From: Thermodesulfovibrionales bacterium
GTDB lineage: Bacteria > Nitrospirota > Thermodesulfovibrionia > Thermodesulfovibrionales > JdFR-86
DNA: 64,000 nucleotides
Assembly: GCA_030682405.1 (NCBI GenBank)
Contig: JAUXOF010000047.1
Span: forward strand, 18,877-82,876
Direction: 5' to 3'
Part shown: in pieces, positions 38,301-47,871 of the stretch
Layout: every line of letters starts with the position of its first letter
Numbering within the stretch: position 1 is the first letter of the stretch
Made by a program: the position numbers and the translations under genes
The notes under the pieces: generated by a model
What the model saw: only the letters and a program-made list of their open reading frames with translations
What the model was told of the DNA's origin: nothing
Databases searched by the model: none

Positions 38301-39359
38301 CTACTCGGTTATGAGCCTGTCTATGTTTTTCTTGTACTCTTCCCACTGCCCGATATCCACATATGACTTTTCGCTAACCGGGTAAACGCCTATCTTCTTT
38401 TTCTTTTTCAAAAGGGCGCTTATCAGGTCCGTCATGTGGAAGGCCTTGCCCTTGCTGATGTGCTCAAGCGCCTCCTTCTCGAGCACATAAAGGCCGGTGT
38501 TTATGAGCATGTCGTACTCCGGCTTTTCGTTAATGGCCTTTAGCCCCCCGCCCTCCTTATACTCGATTATGCCGTAGGGGATTTTATAGTGCTGGATGGA
38601 GCCTACAATCGTAAGGCTGTGCCTGCCCTTTTTATGGAATTTTACGAGGTCCGCATAGTCCGCTTCCACTATTATGTCGCAGTTTGAGACTATGAACGTC
38701 CCGCCCACGCCGCCGGGCAAAAGCCGGAGGCTTCCGGCAGTGCCGAGGAAGTCTTTTTCCCGGATGTAGCGTATCTTGTATCCCGTCTCCACATTGTCGA
38801 AATAAGATTTAATCATCTCTGCCTTATAGTTTACGGTGAGATAGAAATCCGAGACCCCGTACTCATTGAATTTATCCATTATAAGCTCAACGATGGGCTT
38901 CTCTCCTATCGGTATCAGGGGCTTGGGCAGAATCTTGGTAAAGGGGTCAAGCCTTGTGCCCCGCCCGCCCGCCATGATTACAACAGGCAGGTCTATCTTT
39001 TCCTTCTCCTTCATCCCACCGCCGAATACCTGCGGCCATGTGATAAACCCGGTAAGCCCGCCCCCGCCGTCCGTAACAGGGATGATGTCTATCTGGTGCT
39101 TAACGAGCAGTTTCTTTGCAGCCCCGGGGTCGTAACCCTCCTTAAGATAAACCGGGTTTTTGTTGAAGCAGCCTTCTATGGTATCGTTGAGGTTCCCGTT
39201 TTTTAGGATGTGTCTTCTTATGTCGCCATCCGTGAGCACTCCTATGAGGCGCATCTCCTTGTCCGCTACAAAGAGTATCCCCTCCCCGCCTTTGTCTATC
39301 TGCTTTAATGCGGCCTTTACCGTCTTATCCGGGGTTATGATTAGCTTGTTTAGTTCCAT
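38301..39359 (-). CDS. ptmE: CBS-pair + sugar-1-phosphate nucleotidylyltransferase (PtmE-like GlcN-1-P guanylyltransferase)
   Basis: N-terminal CBS pair (GVLTDGDIRR, IIPVTD), then VVIMAGGRGTRLDPFTKILPKPLIPI. Confidence 0.8.
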   Translation of the reverse strand: MELNKLIITPDKTVKAALKQIDKGGEGILFVADKEMRLIGVLTDGDIRRHILKNGNLNDTIEGCFNKNPVYLKEGYDPGAAKKLLVKHQIDIIPVTDGGGGLTGFITWPQVFGGGMKEKEKIDLPVVIMAGGRGTRLDPFTKILPKPLIPIGEKPIVELIMDKFNEYGVSDFYLTVNYKAEMIKSYFDNVETGYKIRYIREKDFLGTAGSLRLLPGGVGGTFIVSNCDIIVEADYADLVKFHKKGRHSLTIVGSIQHYKIPYGIIEYKEGGGLKAINEKPEYDMLINTGLYVLEKEALEHISKGKAFHMTDLISALLKKKKKIGVYPVSEKSYVDIGQWEEYKKNIDRLITE

Positions 39360-39360
39360 G

Positions 39361-40530
39361 TCAATTCTTTATATTGTAAAACCTTTTCATGATTAATTTC
39401 TCACCCAGCTTCACCCTCCTAAGGATGCCGGCTATTTTTTTTGCCGTGGTCCCGCCTCCATAGGGGTTTTTCATCCGGGCTGCAAGCTCCCTCATACCGC
39501 CGGAAAACGCCTTTTTAATCGCCAAGGCAATAGCCTCGGCCTCGGGTTTGCAGTCCATCACCGACTCCGCCCTGACCCTCCCCCTTTGCCTTTCCCCGAT
39601 ATTCACGGTCGGCACCCCGAGCGAAGGGGCCTCTATTATCCCGCTTGAGGAGTTGCCGACCACGGCATCCGCGTGCTTTACCGCGCTCAAATAAAGGAGC
39701 CGTCCGAGGCTCGTATAAGCAGCAGCCTTATCAGAATGCCTCTCTGCATACCGGTCCATCATTCCGATAATGACCCTGCCGTATGTATCTGCATTTGGTT
39801 TTGTGAATATGACGCCTGTGTCCTTAAGTCCGTCTACTGCCCTGAGGAGTTCCCCGAACTGTTTTCCGGCCGTGTTCCTCTCAAGCGTGACCGGGTGGTA
39901 GGTGACGAGGATATTGCGCTTTTTGAACTCAAATCCGAGTCTTTTTTCAAGCTCTTTTTTCGTAAGCAGCCTTGTGTTTTTTATATTGTCAAGCCCGAGC
40001 GCTCCCACGTTAAAGACCCTTTTGGGGTTCTCTCCGAGCTGTATGACCCTCCTTCTGTACTCTTCCGTGGAGGTGAAATGTATATGGCTCATCTTTGTTA
40101 TTGAATGCCTCATGGCCTCGTCGATTGCGCCCTCTGTGGACTCTCCGCCGTGCAGGTGGGCTATGGGTATCTTGGCAATTGTGGCTGCGGTTGCCGCAGA
40201 AAAGGTCTCAAACCTGTCACCGAGGAGGACTATAATGTCCGGCCTAAGCCTCCCTATGCTGTCGGCAAGCCCTATTATCCCCAAGCCCGTGGATTTGGCA
40301 ATCCCGGCCTCAGAGTCGCTCGAAAGGAGCATCTCCACTTTATCGTCTATTCGGAACCCGTCTTTTTCTATCTCCTTGTACGTAAGCCCGAACTCAGGGG
40401 AAAGATGCATCCCCGTGGCTATTATCTGGATTTGGAAGTCCTTGACGCCTTTTATCTCTTTAAGCAGTGGATAAAAAAGGCCGTAATCCGCCCTCGTTCC
40501 GGTGACTATGCATATTTTCTTTCTTCTCAA
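39361..40530 (-). CDS. legG: NDP-sugar-hydrolysing 2-epimerase (NeuC/LegG type)
   Basis: KICIVTGTRADYG, LLGDRFE, IAHLHGGE, typical of hydrolysing UDP/GDP-GlcNAc 2-epimerases. Confidence 0.85.
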   Translation of the reverse strand: MRRKKICIVTGTRADYGLFYPLLKEIKGVKDFQIQIIATGMHLSPEFGLTYKEIEKDGFRIDDKVEMLLSSDSEAGIAKSTGLGIIGLADSIGRLRPDIIVLLGDRFETFSAATAATIAKIPIAHLHGGESTEGAIDEAMRHSITKMSHIHFTSTEEYRRRVIQLGENPKRVFNVGALGLDNIKNTRLLTKKELEKRLGFEFKKRNILVTYHPVTLERNTAGKQFGELLRAVDGLKDTGVIFTKPNADTYGRVIIGMMDRYAERHSDKAAAYTSLGRLLYLSAVKHADAVVGNSSSGIIEAPSLGVPTVNIGERQRGRVRAESVMDCKPEAEAIALAIKKAFSGGMRELAARMKNPYGGGTTAKKIAGILRRVKLGEKLIMKRFYNIKN

Positions 40531-41531
40531 ATCTCTATCGCCTCGTCTTTCCTGAAATCGCGCTTAGCCTTTTTCCCAATCACCCTATCCCATCTCATAG
40601 GGCTTATTCCCGTGCCCGGCCTTTTTGCAGTAAGGTTTTCTTCTGTGAATACATCGCCTTTTTTTATGTCCCTTGCCGCAACTATGCTTTTCCTCGCAAT
40701 GGGCCTGTTCTTTATCTCAGAAGGGCTGGGCCTCTTTATGCCGTCTCCGAGGGCCTTATCTATGTTCCTTACGGCCTTTACCATCGCCTTAAGCTCGTTG
40801 GGCTCAAGGCTTGCCTTGTGGTCCGGGCCTTCCATGTCCCTGTCCAATGTAAAATGCTTCTCAATAACCGTTGCGCCCAAAGCGGCGGCGGCTATCGGAA
40901 TTTCTATTCCCAGAGTGTGGTCAGAGTACCCGACTTTTACCATAAGCCTTTCCTTTATCGTAAGCATCGCCCTGAGATTGACATCCTCTGCCGGCGTTGG
41001 GTATTCCGTGTTTGCGTGAAGAACGGTTATATCCTTCTTCTTGGTTCCCGCCTTTATAAGAATTTCCAAGGCGTCTTTTATCTCTGCCATATTGCACATG
41101 CCGGTTGAGATAATGACATTCTTTTTAAGCGCGCCTATCTTCCTCAGATACGGCAGGTTTGTCACCTCCCCTGAGGGTATCTTGAATATCTTAAGCCCGA
41201 ATGAATTCAGTAAATCAACGCCCTTTTCATCAAACGGGGTTGAGAGGAACATTATCCCCTTTTCCCTGCACCGGCTTATCAGCTGCCTGTGCGCCGCAGG
41301 GCTTAGCTCGAGCCTTTTCAGCATCTCATGCTGCGTCTCATTCCTTCCGGTCGTCTTTTTCTGATACTCTGCCTTCGGCGCTGACCTGCTTACAAGATGC
41401 TCCGCCTTAAACGTCTGGAACTTCACGGCATCCGCGCCTGCCTCTGCCGCAACGTCTATCATCTTTTCTGCGATTCTTATGTTTCCGTTGTGGTTTACGC
41501 CTGCCTCTGCGATGACGAATGTCCTCCTCAC
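40527..41531 (-). CDS. legI: Legionaminic acid synthase (NeuB family, with SAF domain)
   Basis: VIAEAGVNHNGN..AVKFQTF, KIPSGEVTN, STGMCN, C-terminal ARDIKKGDVFTEENLTAKRPG. Confidence 0.85.
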   Translation of the reverse strand: MRRTFVIAEAGVNHNGNIRIAEKMIDVAAEAGADAVKFQTFKAEHLVSRSAPKAEYQKKTTGRNETQHEMLKRLELSPAAHRQLISRCREKGIMFLSTPFDEKGVDLLNSFGLKIFKIPSGEVTNLPYLRKIGALKKNVIISTGMCNMAEIKDALEILIKAGTKKKDITVLHANTEYPTPAEDVNLRAMLTIKERLMVKVGYSDHTLGIEIPIAAAALGATVIEKHFTLDRDMEGPDHKASLEPNELKAMVKAVRNIDKALGDGIKRPSPSEIKNRPIARKSIVAARDIKKGDVFTEENLTAKRPGTGISPMRWDRVIGKKAKRDFRKDEAIEI

Positions 41532-42151
41532 CGGGCCGGCACTCCCATAACGGTTTTAGAATCAGGCACATCGCTTATGACGACAGCCCCGGCGGCCACG
41601 GTCACGTTCCTGCCTATCTTGACTCCTTGCAAGACCCTCGCCCCAAGCCCGATATGGCTGCACTCTCCCACCTCGACATTGCCGCCGAGCACCGCGCCCG
41701 GAGATATATGGCAGTGCGCCCCTATCTTGCAGTCGTGCTCTATCACGGCTGACGTGTTTACTATCACATCTTCACCGATAAACGCAGCCGCCTGAATTAC
41801 GGCGCCTGCCATCACCTGCGCGCCATTTCTTATATCCGAGCTTTTGGCTGCATAAGCCTCCCTGTGGACAAATGACGGGAATTGAAACCCTTTTCCCGTG
41901 TGCTTTTCAAAGATATTCTTTCTCACGTCCGAGGCCTTTACCGTCCCGACACCCAAGGCAAGTGCGAATCCTTTGGCATCAGGCCCCTCAAGGAACTCGT
42001 CCCCGCCAAGAACCGGAATGTCCAAAAGACTGCTTCCCGCCTCACGCCGTGGGTCAAGGATGCCTTTAATCCGAAACTCTCCTGTGGAAAGTATGCAGTC
42101 TATCAGGACCTTTGCATGCCCTCCCCCTCCTAAGATTATAACCTCATCCAT
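41528..42151 (-). CDS. legH: Hexapeptide-repeat N-acetyltransferase (NeuD/PglD/LegH type)
   Basis: IILGGGGHAKVLID N-terminal Rossmann-like domain plus left-handed beta-helix repeats. The ATG at 42151 lies after the upstream stop. Confidence 0.8.
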   Translation of the reverse strand: MDEVIILGGGGHAKVLIDCILSTGEFRIKGILDPRREAGSSLLDIPVLGGDEFLEGPDAKGFALALGVGTVKASDVRKNIFEKHTGKGFQFPSFVHREAYAAKSSDIRNGAQVMAGAVIQAAAFIGEDVIVNTSAVIEHDCKIGAHCHISPGAVLGGNVEVGECSHIGLGARVLQGVKIGRNVTVAAGAVVISDVPDSKTVMGVPAR

Positions 42152-42156
42152 TGCCT

Positions 42157-43302
42157 TCAACCCTTGAAATACTCCTTTATCTTTCCCGCCACGTAAACGA
42201 TTTCTTCTTCTTTCAGGCTCACGCTCGCAGGGATATTTATGCATGTCTCGTAAGCCTCAACCGCTTTTTCTATGCGGTAAGCGAGGCAATCCTGATACAT
42301 CCTAAGGGTATGTATCAGCTTCCATACGGGCCTCACCTCTATGCCCTCCCTTATCAGCCGCTGCATCAGTGGGGCTTTGTGCCCTGCAGGGACTTTAAGA
42401 GTATAAAACCACCTGTTGCCCTTTGCCCATTCCTTCTCCCCTAAGAATTCCGCCTCGTCAAGCCCTGACAGCAGTCGGGAGTAAAGTGCGGCATTTTTCC
42501 GTTTTATGGAGACGAACTCGTCTAACACCTCCATCTGGGCCACACCCATTGCGGCCTGTATGTTAGTAAGCCTGTAGTTATAGCCGATTTCGTCATGGTC
42601 GTATTCAAAGGGGTCGCTCTTTGCCTGAGTGGTAAGATGCCTTACCCTTTTTGCGAGCTTCTCATCGCCGGTGACTATCATGCCGCCGCCGCCGGTTGTG
42701 ATTATCTTATTGCCGTTGAAGCTGAAGCATCCGAGTTTTCCGAAGGAACCGGTCTGCCTGCCCTTGTATGTTGAGCCGAGGCTTTCAGTAGCATCCTCTA
42801 TTACATCTATATTGTATTTTCTTGAAACATCCAAAAGCCCGTCCATGTCAGAGGGATGCCCGAACACGTGAACAGGCACAAGGGCCTTAATCCTTCTACC
42901 TGTTTTTTTGTTGTATGTAAAGCCGTCGTCTTTTACCTCCCCGAACTCCGACAAAAACTCCGCGGCTTTCTTTGGGTCTATGCAAAGGGTGTCGTCCGAG
43001 TCCATGAAAACAGGTTCGGCGTTACAGTACTTAACCGCATTCACAGGCGCAATAAACGTGAGCGCGGGCACGATTACCTCGTCGCCGGGCGCAACCCCGC
43101 TTACTATGAGCGCTACATGAAGGCTGGCCGTGCCGTTTACGGCTGCAACCGCAAACCCCGTTCCGACATAATCTTTAAGGGCATTCTCGAACCTGTCCAC
43201 ATAGCTTCCCACGGATGAGACCCATCCGGTGTCAAGGCAGTCTTTTATGTATTTCCATTCGTTGCCCTTTACGTGCGGAACGGACAGGGGGATTTTGCTC
43301 AT
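42157..43302 (-). CDS. legC: DegT-family aminotransferase (LegC type)
   Basis: IPLSVPHVKGNEWKYIKDCLDTGWVSSVG, SFNGNKIITTGGGG. Confidence 0.85.
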   Translation of the reverse strand: MSKIPLSVPHVKGNEWKYIKDCLDTGWVSSVGSYVDRFENALKDYVGTGFAVAAVNGTASLHVALIVSGVAPGDEVIVPALTFIAPVNAVKYCNAEPVFMDSDDTLCIDPKKAAEFLSEFGEVKDDGFTYNKKTGRRIKALVPVHVFGHPSDMDGLLDVSRKYNIDVIEDATESLGSTYKGRQTGSFGKLGCFSFNGNKIITTGGGGMIVTGDEKLAKRVRHLTTQAKSDPFEYDHDEIGYNYRLTNIQAAMGVAQMEVLDEFVSIKRKNAALYSRLLSGLDEAEFLGEKEWAKGNRWFYTLKVPAGHKAPLMQRLIREGIEVRPVWKLIHTLRMYQDCLAYRIEKAVEAYETCINIPASVSLKEEEIVYVAGKIKEYFKG

Positions 43303-44291
43303 ACGTTATAGATTTCCGGCTTGTAGAGTTTCATGTTCTCTTCATCTTTGAACCACTGTACTGTCTTTGAAAGCCCCTCCCTAAGGGAATGGCCGGGCTT
43401 CCAGCCTGTAAGCGAGCTTATAAGCGTGTTGTCCCCCATGAGCCTTTCCACCTCGCTGCCAACGGGCCTCAGCCTTGCCTCCTCGGTAACGAATTTGCAG
43501 TCGGCCCCGGTAAGGTCTTTTATCAGGCCTGCAAGGTCTCCGACTGATATTTCGGCCATGCTCGATATATTGACCGCTTTGCCCACTGCCCCGTCGCATT
43601 CGGCCAGCCTCAGAAACCCATCGGCCACGTCCGAAACGAAGTTCAGGTCGCGCGTGGGGCGCATGGCGCCGAGCCTGATTTCTTTGGAGCCTGACAGTAT
43701 CTGCGTGATTATCGTCGGTATCACGGCCCTTGCCGACTGCCTCGGGCCGTAGGTGTTAAACGGCCTTGCTATCACAAGCGGAAGGCCAAAAGACAGGTGG
43801 TAGCTCATGGCCGTGTTGTCTGCGGATATCTTTGAGGCCGAATACGGGGACTGCGGCTGAAGCGGATGGTCTTCCTTTATCGGCACATGCCTTGCCGTGC
43901 CGTAGACCTCGCTCGTTGATGTGCATACGACCCTCTTTGCGCCTAACTGTCTTGATGCCTCAAGCACATTGTAAGTGCCTTCTATGTTCGTCCTTATGTA
44001 TGCAAGCGGCGAGACATACGAATATGGTATCCCGATGAGTGCGGCAAGATGGAAAACGGCATCAACCCCTTTCATCGCGCCAATGACGCTGTCAAAGTCC
44101 CTGATGTCCCCGGAGCAGACCTCTATATCCTTTTTAAGTGGGCTTTGTTCAAGCCAGCCCCAGAAATTCCGTGAGTTATACCTTAAGAATGCCCTTACTC
44201 GGCAGCCCTCGGCCACAAGCCTTTCGGCAAGATGCGAGCCGATAAAACCGCCAGCCCCTGTGACCAAAACCGTCTTGCCTTTAAGTTTCAT
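43299..44291 (-). CDS. legB: NAD-dependent NDP-GlcNAc 4,6-dehydratase (LegB type extended SDR)
   Basis: KTVLVTGAGGFIGSH, YSASK, 330 aa; heads the leg block. Confidence 0.8.
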   Translation of the reverse strand: MKLKGKTVLVTGAGGFIGSHLAERLVAEGCRVRAFLRYNSRNFWGWLEQSPLKKDIEVCSGDIRDFDSVIGAMKGVDAVFHLAALIGIPYSYVSPLAYIRTNIEGTYNVLEASRQLGAKRVVCTSTSEVYGTARHVPIKEDHPLQPQSPYSASKISADNTAMSYHLSFGLPLVIARPFNTYGPRQSARAVIPTIITQILSGSKEIRLGAMRPTRDLNFVSDVADGFLRLAECDGAVGKAVNISSMAEISVGDLAGLIKDLTGADCKFVTEEARLRPVGSEVERLMGDNTLISSLTGWKPGHSLREGLSKTVQWFKDEENMKLYKPEIYNV

Positions 44292-44354
44292 TTACTAAAT
44301 ATCCTTTTTATGCCTGTTTTTCAAAGCTATTGTAACAAAAAAAGCGGTTAATTT

Positions 44355-46991
44355 TCAGGGAGACACTGTCTCCTTGACGGAAGACACGGTCTTTTTTATC
44401 TCCTCTATCCGTTTTCTTAAGATATCCGCAAAATGCTGGTGTTCGTCCACCCCGCCGGGCATCTTTGAGAAATCCAGTTCAGAGGCCCTGAGGGCCCTGC
44501 CGAAAGTCAGCCTGATTTTCCCTGCTCTGAACCACCTTGCCCCCCTCGGCAGGATTTCATAAGTGCCCTCTATCTTTACAGGCACGACCGGCACATCGAG
44601 CTTCACGGCGAGCATGCCGATGCCCTTTTTAAAAGGCATGATGCTTCCGTCAAAAGACCTCCCTCCCTCCGGGAATATCGCAAGGCTTTTGCCCTCTCTT
44701 ACGGCATGTGCCGAAAGCTGGAGGGCCTTGCCCAGATACGCATCAGGGTCTATCAGTATCACATGGGCAAGCCTCGCAAAAAGGGACGTAAACCTGCCCC
44801 TGAAGTACCGCTGAAAGCCCTGAAAATAAAGAGACCTGAATACCCGGTAAGGCATGCCTGAGGCCAATGCGAACCCGTCGAGATAGCTTGAGTGGTTTGC
44901 GGCTATTATGAAGGGGTGCGAAGGAAGATTCTCAGCCCCTTTCACCTCAAGACTGAAAAATAACTTAAAAAATATCCTGAGCAACGACCTGAAAAAAAAC
45001 CTTAGAGGTCCTTCGAGGGCAAAGGGCTTGATGCCTGACATCTCTTTTCCCTTTGGCGGAAGAACCGCCTCTTCTTTAAAAGAAAGGGCCTCTTTAATTT
45101 TTTGGACAAGCTCCCCTACGGTCTGGACTTCCGAGACGAGGCTTTCGGGAAGCTTGACTGAAAACTCCTTTTCAAGCGCAACGATAAGCTCGATTCTCTT
45201 TAGGGAATCAAGCCCTATGTCAAGCTCAAGGTTGTCTTTGGATTGAATCATCCGCGGCTCATCCATAAGCGGACTAAGACACTTTATGACCCTTCCGCCT
45301 GTTTCATCCCCTGTAAGCGCCATGTCCTCCTTCTCAGGCAGCGGGGGACTTGCCTCGGCAAGGTCTTTGATGAGAAACCTCCTGAGTTTCCCAATGGGTG
45401 TCTTCGGAAGGGGCTCAGGATGAATCGCATATCCCATAAGCCGCATGTGGGGAGAAAGCCTCTGGGAGACCGCATTAATCTCCCAGCGAAGGGCCTCTGC
45501 CACATTGCCTATCCTCTCTCTCTTCAGATATTCCATATCAGGCACTATGACAGCCTCGAGCCTGTCCCGCCGGGCCATTACGCATATCTCTTTTATAAGC
45601 GGGATGCGGCCGTACTCCCTTTCCACGTCCTCAGGATATATGTTCTTGCCCGAGGAGAGCACTATCACATCCTTTGCCCTGCCTGTGAGGAAGAGATAGC
45701 CTTCGGAATCGAGACGGCCCAAATCCCCGCTTAAAAACCATCCGTCTTTTAGAACATCGCGTGTTGCCTCCGGGTTTCTGTAATAGCCTTTCATAACCAT
45801 GGGGCCTTTTATCGCCACCTCGCCTTGTCCTTCCTGAGAGGGGTTTAAAATCCTAATCTCCACGCCCTTAAGCGGCCTTCCTGCGGAGCCGGGTTTTCTC
45901 CTTTCCGGGGGGCTGAACGTCACAACAGGGGAGGTCTCGGTAAGGCCGTAGCCCTCAAGCACTGTAAAGCCGAGCGCCTCCATGTCGTTCATTATCTCAG
46001 GCTCAAGCCTTGCCCCGCCCGATGTTATGAACCTCAACTGCCTTCCGAACGCCTTATGGACGGATGAGAATATCACCCTCCCGGCGTTGATGTCCCACCT
46101 TCTTCTAAGGGATGCCGAAACTCCCACGGCCTTAAGCATGGCCTGTCCCAGAGGAAAGGGCAGGCCGCCTATCTTTTTAATGAGGGAGTTTCTTACGGAC
46201 TCTATTATCCGGGGCACCCCGATTAGTATGGTGACCCCTTTATCTTTTATCGCCTTTATGAGTTCAGGGCCTTTGAGCGTCGGAGGATAGGTTATCCTGC
46301 CGCCTGCAAAAAGCGGGGCTAAAAAAGTGCACATCAGGGCGTATGTGTGATGAAGGGGGAGCATGGAAAGGACATTGTCCTCGATAGTCATTATCCCGGC
46401 GGCGATGACCGCCTCCATGTCCGAGACAAGGTTTTTGTGAGTAAGCATTACAGCCTTGGGCCTTCCTGTCGTGCCTGATGTATAGACCAGAGAGGCCGTA
46501 TCATCTTCACCCGGAGAGGGCAATCCTGTTTTTTTACCTGCCTTTAATATCTCTTTTATCTCTTTGAATTCCGGAGAGTCGAAGTTTACGAGCCGGATGT
46601 CGAGGCCGGCCGATGCCTCTTTGACGGCATTCAGGGTTGAGGAGCTTGCAAATGCCGCCTTTGATTCGGAATCGGAAAATATGTTTTTTATCTCGTCTAT
46701 GCCGCAGTTTGCATCAACCGGCACTGTGACGCCGCCTGCGGCAAGCACTGAAAGATAAGCCGCGCACCATTCATATCTGTTTTCTGATACTATGGCGGCC
46801 CTGTCGCCTTTTCTCAGCCCGGCCTCAATAAGGTGCGACGTGAGAGACTCTACGGTTTTAAGGAATTCCGCATAGGTGACGTCCCTCCACCTGTCCGTGT
46901 AATAGTTAAACCCGGCGTGGGCAGGCCTCCCTTGGGAAAGGGCGGCGGCCTTCTCCAGTATAATCACGGCTGCGTTACAGTCGGCCTTCAA
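44355..46991 (-). CDS. Tri-domain fusion: acyl-AMP/CoA ligase + acyl carrier protein + 1-acyl-sn-glycerol-3-phosphate acyltransferase (PlsC family)
   Basis: LVYTSGTTGRPKAVMLTHKNL (AMP-binding), GLDSLKRIELI (phosphopantetheine site), AANHSSYLDG (HX4D) and IFPEGGRS. Confidence 0.88.
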   Translation of the reverse strand: MKADCNAAVIILEKAAALSQGRPAHAGFNYYTDRWRDVTYAEFLKTVESLTSHLIEAGLRKGDRAAIVSENRYEWCAAYLSVLAAGGVTVPVDANCGIDEIKNIFSDSESKAAFASSSTLNAVKEASAGLDIRLVNFDSPEFKEIKEILKAGKKTGLPSPGEDDTASLVYTSGTTGRPKAVMLTHKNLVSDMEAVIAAGIMTIEDNVLSMLPLHHTYALMCTFLAPLFAGGRITYPPTLKGPELIKAIKDKGVTILIGVPRIIESVRNSLIKKIGGLPFPLGQAMLKAVGVSASLRRRWDINAGRVIFSSVHKAFGRQLRFITSGGARLEPEIMNDMEALGFTVLEGYGLTETSPVVTFSPPERRKPGSAGRPLKGVEIRILNPSQEGQGEVAIKGPMVMKGYYRNPEATRDVLKDGWFLSGDLGRLDSEGYLFLTGRAKDVIVLSSGKNIYPEDVEREYGRIPLIKEICVMARRDRLEAVIVPDMEYLKRERIGNVAEALRWEINAVSQRLSPHMRLMGYAIHPEPLPKTPIGKLRRFLIKDLAEASPPLPEKEDMALTGDETGGRVIKCLSPLMDEPRMIQSKDNLELDIGLDSLKRIELIVALEKEFSVKLPESLVSEVQTVGELVQKIKEALSFKEEAVLPPKGKEMSGIKPFALEGPLRFFFRSLLRIFFKLFFSLEVKGAENLPSHPFIIAANHSSYLDGFALASGMPYRVFRSLYFQGFQRYFRGRFTSLFARLAHVILIDPDAYLGKALQLSAHAVREGKSLAIFPEGGRSFDGSIMPFKKGIGMLAVKLDVPVVPVKIEGTYEILPRGARWFRAGKIRLTFGRALRASELDFSKMPGGVDEHQHFADILRKRIEEIKKTVSSVKETVSP

Positions 46992-47766
46992 GGAGCTTTA
47001 ATGCCTTTCCGTGGAGGGCCTCGTTTGCCGAGGCAAGTATTGCGGATACCCTTTTAATGCCGAGTTCTATTTCCTCCACCCCCTTGCCTTCCATGTCCGT
47101 GAACACGCCCCCTGATTCCCTGACAAGAAGCCATCCCGCGCCGAAGTCAAAGCTCCTTGAAAGGGCAGGCGTGACAAATACGCTTACGGCCCCTGAGGAA
47201 AGATACGCAAGGTCGAGCGCGGTTGCCCCAAGGCAGCGGGTTCTCCGGGACTTAGAAAGAAGGGGCATGATTGCCGGTATGTCCCTTGAAGGTATCTGCG
47301 CCTCATATGCGATGAGGCGCAGCTCGTCGTCCTTCTGCGGCGCGGCGGGGGCGCCGTTACGATAAGCCCCCCCGCCTTTTTTAGCCCAGAACTCATCTCC
47401 GTTTACAAGGTTTATCACATAGGCAAGCACTATGTCCTTAATCCTGTCTCCGTCTGCAATTGCTATGGATGTGCAGTAAAAGGGTATGCCCGTGGCTGCG
47501 TTCTTGCTTCCGTCCACAGGGTCTATGAGGACTTTTTTCCCTCCGCCTTTTAACTCCACAAGCCCTGCCTCCTCGGATATGATGCTCAGAGGCTCGCCCG
47601 ACAGCCTGAGCGCTTCAAAGATTATCTCTTCAGCCTTTTTGTCTACAGGATATGTCCTGTCCCCTGCGGCACCCTTTGGGCGCATGTCCCCCTCTTCAAA
47701 TGCGGGCACGGCAGGTATCTTTTTTAAAAGAACCTTGCCTATCTCCCTGAGTGTCTTTAGTTCCAT
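46975..47766 (-). CDS. Inositol monophosphatase / FBPase-family phosphatase
   Basis: EEAG, VLIDPVDGSKN, FDFGAGWLLVRESGG; 17-nt overlap with the downstream fusion gene. Confidence 0.8.
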   Translation of the reverse strand: MELKTLREIGKVLLKKIPAVPAFEEGDMRPKGAAGDRTYPVDKKAEEIIFEALRLSGEPLSIISEEAGLVELKGGGKKVLIDPVDGSKNAATGIPFYCTSIAIADGDRIKDIVLAYVINLVNGDEFWAKKGGGAYRNGAPAAPQKDDELRLIAYEAQIPSRDIPAIMPLLSKSRRTRCLGATALDLAYLSSGAVSVFVTPALSRSFDFGAGWLLVRESGGVFTDMEGKGVEEIELGIKRVSAILASANEALHGKALKLLEGRL

Positions 47767-47836
47767 GCGGATATTTTACGGTAAGATGCAACCGGAGGCA
47801 AGACGAAAAAAGGAAGGTGTCAAGCCAAAACCTGAA

Positions 47837-47865
47837 TTGACATCCCCGGCGGGTTAGTGTAAATT
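47837..47865 (+). promoter_or_regulatory. Near-consensus sigma-70 promoter TTGACA-N17-TAAATT placed for a leaderless transcript
   Basis: -35 at 47837-47842 and -10 at 47860-47865. The ATG at 47872 is 6 nt after the -10 and has no Shine-Dalgarno. Confidence 0.45.
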
Positions 47866-47871
47866 TGTTAC

